From the NCBI GenBank assembly GCA_047967505.1, contig CM106538.1: a stretch of 64,000 nucleotides of DNA; one strand, 5' to 3'. A model generated the notes under the pieces. The model searched no databases, was not told the DNA's origin, and saw only the letters and a list, made by a program, of their open reading frames with translations. Positions within the stretch are counted from its first letter, which is position 1; every line of letters begins with the position of its first letter. Positions 59,401 to 64,000 of the stretch are shown here, in pieces. The stretch comes from Dipteris shenzhenensis. Taxonomy: Eukaryota. The translations under genes and the position numbers were made by a program.

Positions 59401-62400
59401 CAATTGTGACCAAACCACCTAACTAGGAGTTGACAGAACCTTAGCCTGGTTAGGTCCTATCTGCCACGTGTTGCATGGAGAGTGACCGGAATCTTTTGGA
59501 GATTCCGTCGAAGATGCCGATTCCGTCGCGGACTGTGTGTGAGGTGGTCGTGGGTGCTCTTGGAGATCCGATCGATAGAGGCGCTCACTGGAGGCGCCTT
59601 ATAGAAGACTATGGGCTGTTGTTCGTTGTTGATGGAGCGCAGGCTAGCGATGGAGCTTGGAGCTTTGCTATCGCTGACGACCAAGTGGAGCTCGAAACAC
59701 TACGGAACAAGTCGCCAAACCATGAAGAACCCGGACCAAAATGAGACCAAGGAAGGGCTCGAAAATGCCCACAAAACAGGTCGCCCAGGTGTTGGAAGAG
59801 GTCGCCCAGCAAGCCAGCACGAACGATTGTCACCCCATTTGCACGTCGTTCGCGACTGTTCCGTTGGCGTAGGAGCGGCTTTTGGCGCTGGGCAGCAAGG
59901 CCGCTATGGAAGCTGCAGCAGCAGCTTCACCATCACCGAAGACGACGATGAGAATGCGCAAAAACTGCTTCTCAGCTTGCGTGAGTTCTTGTCAGCAACA
60001 ACAGAACGGAAATGTGAGGCATCAATGGCCTCTAGTCACCCATTTCAAAGGCTGCAAGCCTTGCGGTGGAGCTCGCTGAGATGCAGCCCAGCTTCCATGC
60101 ATGCGTGATCTGCAGCGAGCCTTCAACTTCGCAGATAATCAGATTCTGAAGCTCTATGGCTTCCGGCATGCGACCTTGGAGTCGATCAAAGTAGAGCGCT
60201 TGCATCCTAGATCAATCAACGACGTGGAGGCTATGGCTTTGCTGAAGAAGGACGTCGCCATCCCGTTGGCGTAGAAGCCTTGTAGCGCAACACTTTCTTT
60301 GCTGTGTCGTAGCTCTTTGGAGACAAGTTTTCCCTCAAACTAGAATGTCAATTCTCTCCCACAAGGACAAAGAGATAACAATTCTTAAGAGTGAAACTCT
60401 CACAATCAATGAAGAATCTCTCTCTCTCTCTCAACTCAAGAAACACTCAAAGGAAGGAACTAAAATCTCTCAAGAATGAACTCAAAGAAAGAAGAATGGA
60501 CGGAAATTTCTTCTCAATGACGGAAATTTCTCTCAATGGAAGGGAAGGGAAGAATCTCACAATCACTCAAGAGAACTCTCAATCTCACAATCTCTCTCAC
60601 ACTCTCAAGAAACTCAATGTCTCAACGGAAGACAAGGGAGCTCTGATACCATGACAAAATATGAAGAGGGGAGAGGAGAAGAGTGGAGATGAGGAGAGAG
60701 GGCACAGCTAGAGAGCACACCACAAATGACTAACTGTACACTAGAATTAGTTGAAAAAATAGAATATATACAAACCCTTTTAGGGTTAGGGTTAGGGGAT
60801 CTAACCCTTTCCTTTATAGCACTCTATAAGGTTAGTGCTATGCACATATGATCACGTGATGGTGCTATGCACACATGATCACATGATGTTGAGCGTGAAC
60901 TCTCAACAATACCTTCAAGTGAGAAATATCTGGTTTTTGGCCTGTATACATTTCTTCAGGCGTCATGCCATGGACAGCTGCAGTGGGGGTTCTGTTCATA
61001 ATATAAACAGTAGTTGCTACTGCTTCAGCCCAAAAATAATCAGGCATGTTTTTCTCATTTAGGATCGCCCGTCCTACTTCTGCAATATGCCTGTTCTTCC
61101 TTTCTGCAACCCCATTCTGCTGAGGGGTAGACTTGCATGAGTACTTCCTTTGAATTCCTTGTTCTTTCAGATATTCACAAAATTCTTCTGAAAAATACTC
61201 TCCCCCTCCATCAGATCTTAGCACTTTAATATGCACACCTTTCTCTTTTTCAACCATGGCCTTAAAAGCCTTGAAATGGCTGAACACTTCACTTTTGTGC
61301 TTCATAAAATAAATCCACACCTTCCTAGTGTAGTCATCAATAAATGTCACATAATAATGGCATCCACCAATAGAAGCAGCTTTGGTTGTCCAAACATCTG
61401 AATGGATCACTTCCAAAGGTCTTCTGCTCACCTTAGCATTTTTGGGAAATGCATGTCTGGCCTGCTTACCCATTTGGCATGCTTCACATACCTTTTGCAT
61501 TCCCTCAACTCTGAATTTAGGCAAACCTACAACAATGTTTTTCGTTTGCATAGATTTCAGCCTTTGTATATTCACGTGCCCAATGCGCTTGTGCCATATC
61601 TCAATATCTGCAATGACACCTCTCCCATGCGCAAACATAGCAACTTTCACCTCAGGCATATCAACATCCAAGGTGAACATTCTACCATTTTTGTTGCCTT
61701 TTGCAACAAAACGGCACTTATTTTTCAAGTCCTCAACAAAGCATCCATCAGGATTAAATCTAACCTGCAGACCTTGCTCAACCATCTGGCCAACTGAAAC
61801 CAGGTTCTTAGTGATTTTTGGAACATGAAGTACATCTGCCAAGTACTTCATTTTGCCATCTTGCATAGCCAATGGCACTTTACCAACCTGTGTAATTGGG
61901 TGCGCAGTATCATCACCTGTTTCAACATAACCTGGCTTATCCAAATTTCTAACATCATGAAACCACTCACCATGACTGGTCATGTGGTTAGAGGCACCTG
62001 AATCAACATACCAAACATCATTGCAAGGTGCAGCATCTCCTGACATGGAGTTAACCATATGCTGCATCACAAAAAGGTGCTCATTTCTGTCGTCACCATG
62101 CCCACTTGATGATGCATAGTTGCTTTGCTGCAACTTCCCACTTTTGATGTCATTCTGCTTTTTATAGCATGTATTCTCCTTGTGTCCAGGCTTTCCACAA
62201 TAATAGCATTCTGTGCTGCTATTTACTTGCCGGTTCCTTTGCCATGAACCACGGCCTCTTTGGCTCCCCCTGCCTCTAGAACTACCACGTCCTCCTCCAT
62301 AGGACTGGTTTTCCTGTTGTTGCTGCTGGTTCTGATTTCCTGCATGGCCACCAAAACGGCCTCTTCCTCTACCCCTGCCTCTACCTGTATTCGAGTAGAA

Positions 62401-64000
62401 AGCAGTCTCTTGAGAAGTTGAGGTGGCTGAACCACCATTCCTTTGCTCTTCACTCAGCAAGAGTGCAATAAGTTCCTGAAAATCAGGAAATGTTTCACGG
62501 ACTCCAATGGATGTCCGAAACTATGCATAATCCTTCCCAAGACCATTCAAGGTCACGGACACTAAGTCCTCATCATCAACAGGTGCTCTAATGGAGGCAA
62601 GAGAATCTGCAAGGCCTTTCACCTTCAAGGAATACTCATTTATATTCAGATCTTTCCTTTGCACATTGTGCAACTCTTGCTTTAGCTACATCTTTCGTGC
62701 ATTGGTATTTGTGCTATACAGCTTCACCAATGTATCCCATGCCTCCTTAGGCGTCTCTACATCCTGTATATGCACAATCATAGAATTTGAAATGCTAACA
62801 GACAGCCAATACAAGCATTTTCTGGCTTTTTCATGCCATTCTTTAAAGGCCTTCAATTCAGCAGGAGTGGGAGCAGCACCCAAAACTGGTTCTGCAGTTT
62901 CACCACTGATGTACTCCCAAACTCCCTTTCCCATAAGGAAGTTTGTCATCCTGAACTTCCATGCTTGGAAGTTGTTCTTGTCAAGCTTCTCACTGACAAT
63001 GGTAGATAGATTCTCAGACATTTTACAAATCACGAATTGCAACAGCAACCTGTAAACATAGCAAATGCCTCACAAGGGCAAATAGCAAAACTTCTGCAAA
63101 CAGCCTCACAGGGGCAGATCCGCAACACTGACGAAAGTGGTATTTCACCACACAGTCACTTCCTAGTGACGATTTTGCATCAACAGGCAACAGGCATGAA
63201 TCTACAACTCCCAATATCTCTGCACACAGGCATACGATGCAATTTCTATGGCACCTTTCCACCAACTAGCCGCGCAGTGGTCGCACAGCGAAAAACAGGG
63301 CCTTTTTCTGAGTGCATGCGAAGAACTTCCGCCTTCAAAACGGGCCCTGAAACGGCCTCAAATCAAAAAAATAAAGTCACCAAGGGCTTCACACCACGAA
63401 GGGCCTCTCAATCTGAAACAGTGCACTCCTGCACTTCTGGCTGTGCTACCTGCAAAGATTTGCTCCCAAACTCGAAATAGGAAAGCAACACTGGTCCTCT
63501 TACCAGGACACCACAGACTTGGCTTGCTTTCTTGAGCTCCTTACCACGAACAAGGCTCTGATACCATGTAAAGAATAAGGGAGAGAGATAGGAGACTCAA
63601 GTGCAGCTTTCTTCACTACACACAAAAGAGAGAGGACACAAGGTTGGAGGGTGAAGCCTTTCTTCACTTTTGCACACAACAACAATACAATAGAAGAGGG
63701 AAATACCCTATATGTCAAACCTTAGAATACATGGTTCATATGTGAACCCAAACCAAAAACATACGTGGTAGTCTAACTACACAACGAGTACAACTAACAT
63801 AGGCGGTGACATAAATGATAGTCATCCAGGAGATATATCGGGGGTAGAGCTTGATATCTCAACACTAACTGTAAGTAACTAACCTAAAATTAACCTAACT
63901 AACCTATGTTAACACTAACCTACCTAGAGTTAGTTATAGGGTTAGGTTAGACCTGTTAGGGTTTTCCTTTTTTTTTGAATAAAAAATTTAGATTAATTAA

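Larger units (their letters stand above)
48154..60908 (-). mobile_element. Copia family C, full length, TSD ATACC; LTRs 48154-48410 and 60652-60908; ~2.5-kb leader
   Basis: ATACC at 48149-48153 and 60909-60913; PBS rc 60640-60651; 1 LTR mismatch seen; gag from 58174, WYIDSGAS, IHTDVWG, RT/RNase H ORF 48499-49899; in-frame stops at 57932 and 49954 and a frameshift at ~57200. Confidence 0.97.
45651..63864 (-). mobile_element. Copia A copy 3 (outer element of the nest), TSD CTAAC; LTRs 45651-45948 and 63567-63864
   Basis: CTAAC at 45646-45650 and 63865-63869; PBS rc 63555-63566; PPT 45949-45957; ~8 LTR mismatches by eye; gag stops at ~62686 and ~62521; integrase split by element C. Confidence 0.97.

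Noticed and set aside
59475-60108. Antisense ORFs (89 and 165 aa) in the Copia C leader as extra or env-like genes
   Set aside because: GC-rich sequence with no recognisable domain or transmembrane pattern; insufficient evidence.

Overview
Eukaryotic, almost certainly land-plant, repeat-dense DNA (tRNA-iMet-type Copia PBSs, TTTAGGG-like motifs, a plant-type IMP3 gene fragment). About 8-64 kb is nested, largely decayed LTR retrotransposons: at least six Ty1/Copia families and two Ty3/Gypsy-type elements. These include a three-level nest with every TSD visible (Copia A 45651-63864 > Copia C 48154-60908 > intact Copia A 50510-55958). The first ~8 kb is different and is the most interesting part. 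It holds (1) an apparently intact 4-exon ~813-aa DDE transposase with RAG1/Transib-type catalytic and Zn-binding motifs (minus strand, 4849-7584); (2) a convergently oriented 2-exon ~516-aa unknown gene (2887-4525); and (3) a divergent histone H3-like ORF with K9 replaced by Q and no K27 ARKS motif (minus strand, 355 to <1; absent from the ORF track because it runs off the window). Two oppositely oriented arrays of a ~75-bp palindrome lie between the H3-like ORF and the unknown gene, and both cargo genes are almost CpG-free. I interpret this as a candidate RAG1/Transib-like plant DNA transposon carrying its own histone H3 variant. The left end lies outside the window, so the linkage is inferred, not proven. 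All alignments and counts were made by eye; no searches were run.
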